Under the pieces are notes generated by a model. That model saw only the letters and a program-made list of their open reading frames with translations. It made no database searches and was not told the DNA's origin. Made by a program: the position numbers and the translations under genes. A stretch of DNA of 64,000 bases, taken from NCBI GenBank assembly GCA_040755855.1, contig JBFMAD010000005.1:96001-160000 (forward strand). The letters are read 5' to 3'. Below, piece by piece: positions 1-9,948 of the stretch. Numbering within the stretch: position 1 is the stretch's first letter; the number at the start of each line of letters is the position of its first letter. This stretch comes from Planctomycetota bacterium. Its GTDB lineage: Bacteria > Planctomycetota > Brocadiia > JAADGH01.

Positions 1-1
1 C

Positions 2-178
2 GGCGGGATGGAGATCGGCCTGAACGTGCTGCGCGAGGACCAGCTCCGCCAGGCCCAGGCCGACCCGGAGAAGCACGCCCACATTATGGTCCGCGTCTTC
101 GGCTTCTCGACGCAGTTCGTGTCCCTCGATCCCGAGTGGCAGGAGTACGTCATTTCGAAGGTTCGGCACAAATACTGA
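2..178 (+). CDS. Glycyl-radical enzyme (PFL family), C-terminal fragment running off the window start
   Basis: Manual translation GGMEIGLNVLREDQLRQAQADPEKHAHIMVRVFGFSTQFVSLDPEWQEYVISKVRHKY*. It matches the glycyl-radical domain pattern (AqxdPE..L.VRVxG[FY]S..F..L). Confidence 0.85.
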   Translation, partial: GGMEIGLNVLREDQLRQAQADPEKHAHIMVRVFGFSTQFVSLDPEWQEYVISKVRHKY

Positions 179-222
179 CCCCCGCCGACGCTTCTTTTCA
201 CCGCGAGATGGGTTACCCTCAT

Positions 223-786
223 CTACTGGCAGGAGATTTTCGGAAAATTAGCCTGTCCCTGGGTGACGAGCAGTCCCCAATGTGTTCCGTCAAGATTATA
301 TGGAACGGTCGCCTCAATTTGTTTGCCAAGACATTGGGCGCGTATCGTTGTGTGGGTTTGCTCCGACGAGAGGATAACCAGGACGGGGATTGGCTTCGAC
401 TTGGGCACAGTAAGAGAGTGCTTTGCGAGAATCTTATACTGAAGTGTGCCGGTAGCGTAGTCCAGTAGGGCTATACGAAAATCTTCTTGTGTAAGCAGAA
501 TTTCAATTCGTCTCCCTTTAGCCCACTCATCTTCGGTTTGTCCCACATACACACCGCACCGGAAGCTGGTAGGATCGAGAATACTGTTGACTTGGATGGT
601 GGCTTTCAATTTGCATCGAGGCTTGAGAGGTTGTTCAGATCGGATCATGTGTTGACCACTTGCCGAATTGAAACCGGAACCACTCTTGGCCCATATCGAA
701 TCTCCGATTACCTTCCATCCCTCGATCTCTTGCGGCGCATCTGCTGCGAGACAGAGCAGAGCAAATGCGGCGATGAAGTTCTTCAT
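223..786 (-). CDS. Secreted hypothetical protein, possible beta-jellyroll/DUF1080-like; paralogue of 36443-36964
   Basis: 187 aa with signal peptide MKNFIAAFALLCLAADA and a GGAGGA RBS upstream. Shares LLCLAAD..EIEGWKV with the 36443 ORF. Confidence 0.7.
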   Translation of the reverse strand: MKNFIAAFALLCLAADAPQEIEGWKVIGDSIWAKSGSGFNSASGQHMIRSEQPLKPRCKLKATIQVNSILDPTSFRCGVYVGQTEDEWAKGRRIEILLTQEDFRIALLDYATGTLQYKILAKHSLTVPKSKPIPVLVILSSEQTHTTIRAQCLGKQIEATVPYNLDGTHWGLLVTQGQANFPKISCQ

Positions 787-991
787 GGCTTCCTCCCTTT
801 CATGTCAGTATGGCCCGTGGCTCGTAAAGCAATTCCATATTTTAGCGGGTATTTTCGCTTTAGCAAGTCTGATTTTGTCCGTTCCGAAGGGCGTCTGCTC
901 TTCTCGCCGCGAGCAATTTGAGGTTGCATCCAGCCCGCACATGCGGTAACCTCGTCCCCAGCCCTGACCACAATGCTGTGAGGAAAAAGAC

Positions 992-3577
992 ATGCTCCTC
1001 GTCTTTCGCCACGTCCGCCGATTATGGTTCTTCATCGCAATTCTGGGATGCGCCATGATTCACGCCGACGCGATCAATCCGTACCCCCGTCAAATCCTGA
1101 AGGAAGAGAAGCTCGTTACATGGTCGTTCGACGACGGCATCGCCGGATGGACGGCGCAGCACAACTGCCGCGTCGAGCACGCCGACGGCGCGCTGCGCAT
1201 CGTCGGCACGGGCAATGATCCCTACTGCCGGGGGCCGGAGATCAACATACCGGGGCCGGTTCTGATGAAACTCCGATGCCGGAGCACGGGCAAGGGCGGG
1301 GCCGTGATCTACTGGGTGCCCCAGGGAGAGCGGGGACCCAGCCAAGAGCGCCACACGCCGATTCACGTCCAGGACGATGACAAATGGCATGAGTATGCCG
1401 TCGAGCTTCCCGTCAAGGGCGCGCTTTCATGGATTCGCATTGACCCATGCGCCGACGAGGGGCGGATGGATATTGACTGGATCGAGTTGTGGCGCATCGA
1501 GCGACATCCCCTCGCCATAGAAGACGTGCGCGTGGAGCAGAACCGGATCGTCGCATCGGTGCGGAACTTCTCCGAGCGGGAGGTGCGATTCAAGATCAGG
1601 GACGGCGAACATACGGTCGGCGCGGACAAGGCCGCGTCCGTCACGATGTCATATGAACTGAAAGGCGATCGCCCATTTGAGGTCGTGGGCCTCACCGCTA
1701 CGGTCGAAGGTCTTCCTCCCGTAACGCGCCCGCTTGCCCTATACAATCCTGCGGCCACGGCGAACTGGATCGGCATCGGCGCGGACGACCTGATCCTGCA
1801 AGTGGCCCCGGACGGAACGGGGGCGCGGTTGCTCCGCAAGGAGCAACCAGTTGCATTTATCGCCCCACTCGTCTGGAGTGATGGGAAGACTTGGCCCCTG
1901 CATCCCGTGAAGGATGCCGACAGCATCCGCGTGGAGGGCCAGAACATCAAGCGCTTCGTCTTCACGGTGCAAGGCGACGAGATTCAAGTAGAACTGGACG
2001 CGGCCCATCCGGTCGAAGGGCCGGTGGTGCGGGCGTTGGGCGGGATCGAGCAGGGACTGTTGGCGGGGGTCGAATACCTCGGCAAGGGGGAGCGGTCCTC
2101 CTCCACGCTCGACATCGAGGGACCGGAGCACATTCGCAACGAACCCGACCCGATGAAGCTGACGATGCCGTTCATGGCCTTCGTGACCGATCAAGGGTCG
2201 GTCGCCATGACGTGGACGAACATGGAGTTGCAGCCGACGTTCGCGACTCCCAACTTTTACGACGGCGCGTCGGACCACCGCATGAGCCTGAAGGGGCGGG
2301 TCATCGAGGCGACGATCCGCGTCGGCGATCCCTTTGACGCGGGAAATCAGCTCGAAAACACCATCCTATGGGCCGTGATCAAGCGCGGTGGCCTGCCCGA
2401 CCTGCCGACGCCGCCGCGAACGTCTGACGTCCAGATGCAGTTCTGCCTCGATGCGCTGCGGAACAGCGTCGTGGCGGACCCCGCCGGTGGGTGGTATCAC
2501 GCCGTCGTGCCCGGCCACCGGAAGATGCCTGAGAAGCCGAAGTACTTCGCCGATGCCCTGTCCACCATCTGGCGGATCAGCGGCGAGGTCCGCAACGTCC
2601 CCGATATGGTGCGCGGTGGGGCGCACATCCGAAACGATTCCATCTACTTCGTGACCGGCCGGGCGAAACAGTGGCTGGACATGATGAACCGGGAGGCGCA
2701 GGGCCTCATCAAGGCGCAGCAGCCGGACGGGGCGTATCGCTACAACGGGGAGTATCAAAAGGGCCATTTCGAGGACACATCGAGCGGCTGGTGCGCCTAC
2801 CGCGCGGCGCGCCTGCTCGACCATGCCTACTACACCGGCAATGAGGAATCGCTTCAGGCGGGAATCAGGACGCTCGACTACATGAAGCGCTTTCGCACGC
2901 CCCGCGGCGCTCAGGTCTGGGAGTGCCCGCTCCACTCGCCGGACCTGCTGGCCTCGGCGCACCTGGTCTGGGCCTATGTGCGAGGGTACGAACTGACGAA
3001 AAACCAGGACTACCTCGACCTCGCTCTGCGATGGGCCGTCACCGGCATCCCATTCGTGTATCAGTGGGGCAACCAACCGATCATGCTCTACGCGACGACG
3101 CCGATCCTCTGCGCCACGCACTGGAAGGCCCCGGTGTGGATCGGCCTGCCGGTGCAGTGGGTGGGCATTGACTACGCCTACGCGCTCCTGATGCTCCAAG
3201 AACATGACAAGAGCTTCGACTGGCGGAGGCTGGCCGAGGGGATTCTCATTGCCGGCGAGCAGATGCAATACCCCGACGGGCCGTCGAAGGGCTGCCTGCC
3301 GGATGTATTCGAGCTGAAACACCAGCAGCGCCGCCCGGCGGACATCAACCCGTGCGCGCTGGCGAGTCTGCGTATGCGCATCGAGGGGAGGCTGGACAAT
3401 CTATCCGTGTCGTCCGACGGGACCCACCGCGTGGTCTCGCCCTTCCCCGTGAAGATAGAAGATGGCAAGGCGCACGTCCAGTCGAAGGAAGGTGTGGACT
3501 ACCAAGTCATCATCGACGGCGATCGGATCGTCGATGCGAAATCCAAAGGGGTTGATGTTATCGACCTTGCACAATAA
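992..3577 (+). CDS. Secreted multidomain protein: N-terminal CBM-like domain plus putative (alpha/alpha)6-barrel glycan-active domain
   Basis: 861 aa with signal-like N-terminus. The CBM-like segment is WSFDDGIAGW...DPY...WHEYAVEL...IRIDP. Core motifs such as PRGAQVWECPLHSPDLLA are shared with 32416-36414. Confidence 0.7.
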   Translation: MLLVFRHVRRLWFFIAILGCAMIHADAINPYPRQILKEEKLVTWSFDDGIAGWTAQHNCRVEHADGALRIVGTGNDPYCRGPEINIPGPVLMKLRCRSTGKGGAVIYWVPQGERGPSQERHTPIHVQDDDKWHEYAVELPVKGALSWIRIDPCADEGRMDIDWIELWRIERHPLAIEDVRVEQNRIVASVRNFSEREVRFKIRDGEHTVGADKAASVTMSYELKGDRPFEVVGLTATVEGLPPVTRPLALYNPAATANWIGIGADDLILQVAPDGTGARLLRKEQPVAFIAPLVWSDGKTWPLHPVKDADSIRVEGQNIKRFVFTVQGDEIQVELDAAHPVEGPVVRALGGIEQGLLAGVEYLGKGERSSSTLDIEGPEHIRNEPDPMKLTMPFMAFVTDQGSVAMTWTNMELQPTFATPNFYDGASDHRMSLKGRVIEATIRVGDPFDAGNQLENTILWAVIKRGGLPDLPTPPRTSDVQMQFCLDALRNSVVADPAGGWYHAVVPGHRKMPEKPKYFADALSTIWRISGEVRNVPDMVRGGAHIRNDSIYFVTGRAKQWLDMMNREAQGLIKAQQPDGAYRYNGEYQKGHFEDTSSGWCAYRAARLLDHAYYTGNEESLQAGIRTLDYMKRFRTPRGAQVWECPLHSPDLLASAHLVWAYVRGYELTKNQDYLDLALRWAVTGIPFVYQWGNQPIMLYATTPILCATHWKAPVWIGLPVQWVGIDYAYALLMLQEHDKSFDWRRLAEGILIAGEQMQYPDGPSKGCLPDVFELKHQQRRPADINPCALASLRMRIEGRLDNLSVSSDGTHRVVSPFPVKIEDGKAHVQSKEGVDYQVIIDGDRIVDAKSKGVDVIDLAQ

Positions 3578-3602
3578 CCGCGTTGGTCATGGGAAGGAGG
3601 AC

Positions 3603-6600
3603 ATGATGAATGCAAAGGCAAGTGACGTGTTCCTATCCGTATTGGTGATTGCGGCGATGGCGGCTGTTGTCCTAAGCCAAGATGGAATCGGCTTCGTCAA
3701 CCTCGACTTCGAGCAGGGCAAGGAGCCGTGGGGCGTATGGTACTCCGACGACCCGAACTATGCGGGACCGAAGTTCGAGTACGGTCCCGACGCCGCTGTC
3801 GCCCACTCCGGCAAGGCGTCCATGCGGATCATCGCCACCAGCCGCGACGCTCGGGCCTTCGTCTGCCAGAGCACGGAGAAATTCAAGCCTGGGACGCGGT
3901 ACGAACTCTCCTACTGGCTGAAAGTGAGCAGCCCGGAGATGGCCGAGACCTGCGTGGTGAATATCAACCTGCGCAAACCCCGACCCGACGGCCAGGGACT
4001 CCAGATGCGCAGCATCCGCCCCAATGTCTTCACCAGCCCCGGCAAGGACGGCTGGGTGCTCCGCCGCGCGGTGATTGATGTGGACCCGGACGCGAAGTCC
4101 ATGCAGATCGGCCTCTACGTCCAGAACACCGTCGGCACGGCCTGGTTCGACGACGTTTGCCTGCGCGAATGGAAAGAGGGGGCGATCAGTGTTGACAGCA
4201 TGTACGATTATTATCCGCTTCAGGTCAAACTCGAAGGGGACATGGTTCGGCGGTTCGGCAAACTCGTCAACGACAAGTCTCCGTTTCTTGACCGGGCCAA
4301 GGCTTATAACCAGCTTATGGTTGACGTCGCGCGCCTGACCGAGGACGCCCGGCGGCTGCAACGCGGCGCGTTCTACCTCGCGGGTCTTGGAGGCAAGGTG
4401 GACGTGTTCGCGGAAGCCGCGGCGGCATCGGACATCGAGAAGGAACTGGATCAACTCTACCAGTTGTACGGTCGGTTGTTCGCAGCGAAGAACGATGCCG
4501 GCCTTCCCGAGTTCGACAAGACCGCACACACACTTGCCGACAAAACCAAGGCGGCGCGGGAGGCCATCGGGAAGAAAACTGTGGAACTCCAGGGTATGGC
4601 CAAGCAATGGAGCCCGGCATGGTCCGTTCCTCCCGCGCCCGAACCGAAGTCCATCGTCGTCACGCCCGACGGCAGGCCGAACCAGATTGTGATCGGCACG
4701 CGGAGTTCTACCACACATTTTGAACTGGAAGCGCCGTTGACCATCCGCAATCTGCACAACGTCTCGGTGCAATACGACATGGGGAAGCTCACGGACCCGA
4801 CCAAGAAGTATGAGTTCTCGTTCACGCTTGAGCAGTGGGACAAGCTGAAGGCGCTCGGCGTCGAACAGGCGTCGTTGGCGACGGCCCTGGTCCTGCACGA
4901 CAACCAGATGACCCCCGCGTGGTTCGAGGCAAAACTCAAGGACGATCCCGACCTCCTCCTGCGCGCTGCGGACGGGGCGAAGATCAAGGAATGGCGCAAG
5001 GGCAGCCCGCCGCTCAACACCTGGCATCCAGAAGTGCGCGCGATGACCCTCGATCTCATCGCGCAAATGGGGCAAGTCTTCCGTCCGCACAGTCAGTTCC
5101 TCTGGTATATCGTTCAAGCGGAGAACGTCGGCCCATTTTTCACCGTCGAGACCGGCGTGCGATCCATCGGCTACAACCCCTCGGCGCTGCCGGACTTCCA
5201 TGCGTGGCTAAGAGCGCGCTACAAAACAATCGCCGAGATCAACCGACGGTGGAAGACCAACTATGCACGCTTCGAGGAGATTCAGCCGCCGGAGGATTTG
5301 TGCCTTGTCACGGAATGGAAGCGTCCCCACCCGCTGGGCTATGAGTTCCAGTCGTGGCGGGAGGACCGCCATTTCGCCTGGGCGAAGATGATCTACGATG
5401 CGCTCAAGAAGGCCGACCCGATCAAGCCGGTCTTCTCCAGTCCAAGTTGCTTTCTCCGTTCGCTGGACGGAAGCCGCTTGTTCGAGACGGTGGACATCAT
5501 GGGGTTCCATGCCCGCTCGCCGCATTTCATGCTTGGCTCGATTTACATCCACAGCCTCAACCGGTTCGCCAGAAAAAACTTGGGGCAGTATGAGTGCTTC
5601 TGGGGCTGCCAGGAAGACAGGCCGCGCATCGCCGAGGAAAGGGTGCAGCGCGCCGCGATGATGAAATACCTGTATCGGCTCACCGTCTGGGGCCGCTATG
5701 CGCAGGTCTGGTGGTACGCCTACACATCGGCGGATTATCTCCTCGACTACAACGGCAACTGGTTCAATCCAGTTTACGACCTGACGACGCTTCGCTACTG
5801 TGCCGCCGCGTTGCCGGTGGGGAAGGAGAAGGTGAAACGGCTCGAAGATATTTTCATGGACTCGGCCATCGTCCCGTCGCGGGTGGCCATGATCCAGCCC
5901 ATTACATCCATGCTGTTCCAGAAATATGCGCGCGGCGAGTCCTTCCTCGAAATGATGGAGCTGCATGATCGGCTCTTCGCGCAAAACGACCTCTACGAAT
6001 TGATCCCCGAGACCTACTTCCTGGACGGGCGGGCATCGTTGGACAACTTCGACGTTGTCATTCTTCCCCACGCCCCGTACTTCCCCGACAGGTTGTCCGA
6101 CCAACTCAAGAGGTGGGTGGAGAAGGGGGGGCTGTTGGTCTCGACCGGTCCCTTCGGCCTGTATGACAAGTTCGGGTTCGACGACGCTGCGCTGTGGAAG
6201 GATGTGTTCGGCCCGAACGTTGCCACACGCCTGACCTCCGCGCAGGAGAGCGACTGGCACTGGGACGTCCCCGTCCTGAGCGACTCATTCGGACTGTTCC
6301 AGGGATCGCTCGGCAAAGGACGAGTTATCGTAACTCTGCATTCCCTGCGCAATGCCGCTTTTGCGAAGAAGGTCGGGCCGCTCCTCACCGAGGCCATAGA
6401 GGCCAAGGCCCCGCCGGCGGCGCGCTGCGCGTCGAACGACTTCGAGATGACGCTGCACAGGCACAAGGCCGGCAAATTGTATCTCTGTGTCATCAACCGG
6501 AATGTGGACAAGCCGGTGGAGGATGATGTGGTTTTGCGGGGCGAGTTCAAGCGAGGCGTAGATCTCGACACGGCCGGCGGTTTCCCCATTCGTTTCACCG

Positions 6601-6674
6601 CCGCCGACGGCCGGACCGCGTTTCGGCTGCGGCTAGAGCCTGCGGAGTTCACGATGATCGAGTTGGAGGAATAA
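3603..6674 (+). CDS. Secreted GH42-like beta-galactosidase family protein with N-terminal CBM4/9-like domain
   Basis: ATG after the GAAGGAGG RBS and a signal peptide. Shows NLDFEQG...WFDDV (CBM-like), FHAWLRARYKTIAEINRRWKT (GH42-like) and a C-terminal trimerisation/GATase-like region (LDNFDVVILP...WVEKGGLLV). Confidence 0.7.
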   Translation: MMNAKASDVFLSVLVIAAMAAVVLSQDGIGFVNLDFEQGKEPWGVWYSDDPNYAGPKFEYGPDAAVAHSGKASMRIIATSRDARAFVCQSTEKFKPGTRYELSYWLKVSSPEMAETCVVNINLRKPRPDGQGLQMRSIRPNVFTSPGKDGWVLRRAVIDVDPDAKSMQIGLYVQNTVGTAWFDDVCLREWKEGAISVDSMYDYYPLQVKLEGDMVRRFGKLVNDKSPFLDRAKAYNQLMVDVARLTEDARRLQRGAFYLAGLGGKVDVFAEAAAASDIEKELDQLYQLYGRLFAAKNDAGLPEFDKTAHTLADKTKAAREAIGKKTVELQGMAKQWSPAWSVPPAPEPKSIVVTPDGRPNQIVIGTRSSTTHFELEAPLTIRNLHNVSVQYDMGKLTDPTKKYEFSFTLEQWDKLKALGVEQASLATALVLHDNQMTPAWFEAKLKDDPDLLLRAADGAKIKEWRKGSPPLNTWHPEVRAMTLDLIAQMGQVFRPHSQFLWYIVQAENVGPFFTVETGVRSIGYNPSALPDFHAWLRARYKTIAEINRRWKTNYARFEEIQPPEDLCLVTEWKRPHPLGYEFQSWREDRHFAWAKMIYDALKKADPIKPVFSSPSCFLRSLDGSRLFETVDIMGFHARSPHFMLGSIYIHSLNRFARKNLGQYECFWGCQEDRPRIAEERVQRAAMMKYLYRLTVWGRYAQVWWYAYTSADYLLDYNGNWFNPVYDLTTLRYCAAALPVGKEKVKRLEDIFMDSAIVPSRVAMIQPITSMLFQKYARGESFLEMMELHDRLFAQNDLYELIPETYFLDGRASLDNFDVVILPHAPYFPDRLSDQLKRWVEKGGLLVSTGPFGLYDKFGFDDAALWKDVFGPNVATRLTSAQESDWHWDVPVLSDSFGLFQGSLGKGRVIVTLHSLRNAAFAKKVGPLLTEAIEAKAPPAARCASNDFEMTLHRHKAGKLYLCVINRNVDKPVEDDVVLRGEFKRGVDLDTAGGFPIRFTAADGRTAFRLRLEPAEFTMIELEE

Positions 6675-6738
6675 GGCGCGAATAACGCTCTCGCCAGCCG
6701 CGTAGAGACTCCTGGAAAAAAGGAAAGGAGGAGCGGCC

Positions 6739-7533
6739 ATGCGAAGCGTCGTCAGGCAACTGTCCGACCCACGATACCAATTAAAGCCGTTGAAACGCGC
6801 CCCAGGGCATGGTAAAATCGTGCAGGCGATTGCGACCGACCTGACTTCAAAGAACGGGAGTTTGCGGTTGAAGGACGACAAGGAAAAAGACGCACCTGCC
6901 CGCCCATCGCCCGAGGGCGAGGTGTGCCCGAAGTGCGGTCATCTGAACGAACGCTACGCCCTCCGATGTGACGCATGCGGCGCCGTGATTGACGCCGGAG
7001 GCGCGCCCCAGCCCGAACCGCCGCCCCTCGAATCAAAGCGCGAAGCAGAGGAACCTTCCCCCACGCCGGAGGCAAGTGCCGTCGGACCGCCCCCTGTTGA
7101 GACGCCCCAAGCCGAGGCGCCTCGCCCCTCCCCGGGGCTGACGCTAAAGTCCCCACCCCCGAAACAGGTGACCCCGCCACCGAAGGCCATCGTCAGCGAG
7201 GAGTTCAAGCTCTGCGACAAGTGCGCCGCTCACGTCCCAGCCGGTTCACCGACGTGTCCATCCTGCGGGGCATTGCTTCGAGCCGCCCGATCGGAAATTG
7301 CCGCACACCAGGCGATTGGAGAGAGATACACAGGAACAGTCGCAATCGTCCTCGCCATTGCAAGCATGGTGCTCTTGCGGTACGGTCGGCCCTTCGCCCT
7401 CCCCGCAAGCGGTCTGGCCATCCTCGTGGGGATACTGGCCTTTCGGCGGGACGAACAACCGGGACTCGGCATGTTGGCCGTCATAGTCGGCATCCTCGCC
7501 ATCTTCGGGGTAATTATTGCGCCGATGTTTTGA
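6739..7533 (+). CDS. Double zinc-ribbon, proline-rich membrane protein
   Basis: CPKC..CDAC and CDKC..CPSC pairs, a Pro-rich linker and three C-terminal hydrophobic helices; GGAGGAG RBS. Confidence 0.7.
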   Translation: MRSVVRQLSDPRYQLKPLKRAPGHGKIVQAIATDLTSKNGSLRLKDDKEKDAPARPSPEGEVCPKCGHLNERYALRCDACGAVIDAGGAPQPEPPPLESKREAEEPSPTPEASAVGPPPVETPQAEAPRPSPGLTLKSPPPKQVTPPPKAIVSEEFKLCDKCAAHVPAGSPTCPSCGALLRAARSEIAAHQAIGERYTGTVAIVLAIASMVLLRYGRPFALPASGLAILVGILAFRRDEQPGLGMLAVIVGILAIFGVIIAPMF

Positions 7534-7608
7534 ACAACCGTTGGAGCTTTCCGACCAAGCGGAAAACCCCGGCTTATACAGCCAGGGCCGCAGGAAGGCG
7601 AGAAAATG

Positions 7609-7686
7609 TGGCGAGCCCGACGGGACTCGAACCCGCAACCCCCAGATCGACAGTCTGGTACTCTAACCAAATTGAGCTACGGGCCC
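7609..7686 (-). tRNA. tRNA-Asp(GTC)
   Basis: Reverse complement GGGCCCGTAGCTCAATTTGGTTAGAGTACCAGACTGTCGATCTGGGGGTTGCGGGTTCGAGTCCCGTCGGGCTCGCCA forms a cloverleaf with anticodon GTC and encoded CCA. Confidence 0.97.
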
Positions 7687-7713
7687 GCCTTGATTGGATC
7701 ACTACAAAAAAGT

Positions 7714-7742
7714 AGTATAGCGTCGTCGTCCTCGCATGTCAA
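7714..7742 (-). promoter_or_regulatory. Sigma70-type promoter for tRNA-Asp
   Basis: TTGACA-17 nt-TATACT on the minus strand just upstream of the tRNA. Confidence 0.75.
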
Positions 7743-7757
7743 GAGCAAAAAGTCTAT

Positions 7758-7937
7758 TTGGACTGCGGCAGCCATGCTGCCGCCTTTCTTGCGGGAAGCC
7801 GGGCTTCCCGCTCTTCCGTTGCGGAGGCGGCGTCGCCGTCAGGCCATGTCTCTGCGCCTTCGTACGGTTGCTGCGCCAGCGTCGGGAAGCAGGGCTTCCC
7901 GATGTCAAGGCGCAACCACGCCTAGGCGTGGTTGCGC
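7758..7937. repeat. Cluster of REP-like palindromic hairpins
   Basis: GCGGCAGC-CAT-GCTGCCGC; GCGGGAAGC-CGG-GCTTCCCGC (7791-7811); TCGGGAAGC-AGG-GCTTCCCGA (about 7882-7902); perfect 28-nt palindrome GCGCAACCACGCCTAGGCGTGGTTGCGC (7910-7937). Confidence 0.65.
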
Positions 7938-8135
7938 ACACCGCAAACACAACGACCTCCCTTATCCAGCGATAGAGATGACATGCACACGTACGCGAGT
8001 TAGACCTTGAATTTCCTCGCTCCTGACGGTAGAATTACTGTTTTTGCAAAATACATGTCCCCCGTTCCTGCCATCATCTCCTGGTGGCCTGAACCATGGG
8101 CCAATCGCAGTGTGTGAGGAGGCGCAAGGCATTTG

Positions 8136-9566
8136 ATGTCCGAAAAGAAGATTACGAAGCGGAGCGAAGACTACTCCCGTTGGTATACCGACATTGTGCA
8201 GCGGGCCCAGCTCGCCGACTACGCCCCCGTCAAGGGGTGCATGGTCATGCGCCCATACGGGTTTGCGATCTGGGAACGGCTCAGGGAGGCCCTCGACAAA
8301 ATGTTCAAGGAGACGGGGCACTCCAACGCCTACTTCCCCCTGTTCATTCCTGAGAGCTTCATGAAAAAGGAGGCTGAACATGTAGAGGGCTTCGCGCCCG
8401 AATGCGCGGTGGTCACACACGGCGGGGGCGAAAAGCTCGAGGAGCCGCTTTATGTCCGCCCCACATCGGAGACGATCATCTGGAGCATGTACGGCAAATG
8501 GATCCAATCCCACCGCGATCTGCCCCTGCTAATCAACCAGTGGGCGAACATCGTGCGATGGGAACGGCGGACCCGCCTCTTCCTCCGCACCACGGAATTC
8601 CTCTGGCAGGAGGGCCACACCGCCCACGCCACGGCCGAAGAAGCAATGGAAGAGGTGCTTCGGATGCTTGACGTCTATCGCGTCTTCGCCGAGGACTATA
8701 TGGCCATGCCCGTCCTCAAGGGCAAGAAGACCGAAAGCGAGAAATTCGCCGGCGCCGTGGATACCTATTGCATCGAGGCCATGATGCAGGACAAACGGGC
8801 TCTCCAGGCAGGGACATCGCACTTCCTCGGCCAGAATTTCGCCAAGGCATTCAACGTGCAGTTCCAGGATGAGCAGGGGAAGCTGCAATACGTCTATGCC
8901 ACGAGCTGGGGCGTCTCGTGGCGGCTTATCGGCGGACTCATCATGACGCACAGCGACGATCAGGGGCTGGTGCTCCCGCCGAAGATGGCCCCTATTCAGG
9001 TCGTTATCGTCCCCATTTGGAAAAAGAGCGACGACAAGACGAAGATCCTGGCGGCGGCAAACAAGATCAAGAGCGAGATCGAGTCCGTCGCGACGGTGAA
9101 GCTCGACGACGCCGAGACCGCCAGCCCCGGCTTCAAGTTCAACGAGTGGGAGATGCGCGGCGTGCCGCTGCGCGTCGAAATCGGCCCGCGCGACCTGGCC
9201 AACCAGCAGGTCGTTTTTGCCCGACGCGATACGGGCGAGAAGACATCAGTCCCCCTGAACGGCGTCGGCGAGCAGGCCAAGACGATGCTGGACAATATCC
9301 AAAAGTCCCTGTTCGACACAGCCAAGAAGTTCCGCGAGGACAATACGCGGAACATAGAGCGGTACGATGATCTCAAGTCGTTCCTGGAGTCGGGCGGGTT
9401 TGCCGAGTCCCACTGGTGCGGCTCCGCCGAGTGCGAGGCAAGGCTTCAGGAGGAGACCAAGGCCACGATCCGATGCATACCCATCGCCCAGAAGAAGGAA
9501 AGCGGCGTGTGCATTCTCTGCGGCAAGCCGTCTGATGGCCGCGTCGTGATGGCGAAGGCGTACTGA
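8136..9566 (+). CDS. proS: Proline--tRNA ligase (archaeal/eukaryote-like type)
   Basis: [48 protein letters not shown] and a C-terminal zinc motif ending AKAY. Confidence 0.97.
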   Translation: MSEKKITKRSEDYSRWYTDIVQRAQLADYAPVKGCMVMRPYGFAIWERLREALDKMFKETGHSNAYFPLFIPESFMKKEAEHVEGFAPECAVVTHGGGEKLEEPLYVRPTSETIIWSMYGKWIQSHRDLPLLINQWANIVRWERRTRLFLRTTEFLWQEGHTAHATAEEAMEEVLRMLDVYRVFAEDYMAMPVLKGKKTESEKFAGAVDTYCIEAMMQDKRALQAGTSHFLGQNFAKAFNVQFQDEQGKLQYVYATSWGVSWRLIGGLIMTHSDDQGLVLPPKMAPIQVVIVPIWKKSDDKTKILAAANKIKSEIESVATVKLDDAETASPGFKFNEWEMRGVPLRVEIGPRDLANQQVVFARRDTGEKTSVPLNGVGEQAKTMLDNIQKSLFDTAKKFREDNTRNIERYDDLKSFLESGGFAESHWCGSAECEARLQEETKATIRCIPIAQKKESGVCILCGKPSDGRVVMAKAY

Positions 9567-9801
9567 CCGTTCGATTTTTTGTTAGCCAAGCGTTTTTTGT
9601 TTCGCAAAAGTACACTTTTTTCGCACTCTTGTACACATGTGCACGACTCGGTTTCGGGCGGTAAAATTAGCGTAATAGATGGCGGGAAAATAGGATAGGA
9701 CTCTTATCCGACGCGATTTTGCGATGATTTGAAAACGGAAACATGTACCGGAAGCCTCCGTTTTTGGAGGATCGGTCCGTGTCCCTAAAGGTCCGAGATG
9801 C

Positions 9802-9895
9802 TGGCGGAGAGGGGGGGATTCGAACCCCCGGCACACCTTGAAGGGCGTGCACAGCATTTCCAATGCTGCTCCTTCAGCCACTCAGACACCTCTCC
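9802..9895 (-). tRNA. tRNA-Ser(GGA)
   Basis: Reverse complement GGAGAGGTGTCTGAGTGGCTGAAGGAGCAGCATTGGAAATGCTG...GGGGGTTCGAATCCCCCCCTCTCCGCCA; long variable arm, anticodon GGA. Confidence 0.96.
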
Positions 9896-9919
9896 GCGTG
9901 TGCTCTGTGATTGATCTAT

Positions 9920-9948
9920 ATCTTAACGGATGAGCCGCCGATTGTCAA
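9920..9948 (-). promoter_or_regulatory. Sigma70-type promoter for tRNA-Ser
   Basis: TTGACA-17 nt-TAAGAT on the minus strand. Confidence 0.65.
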
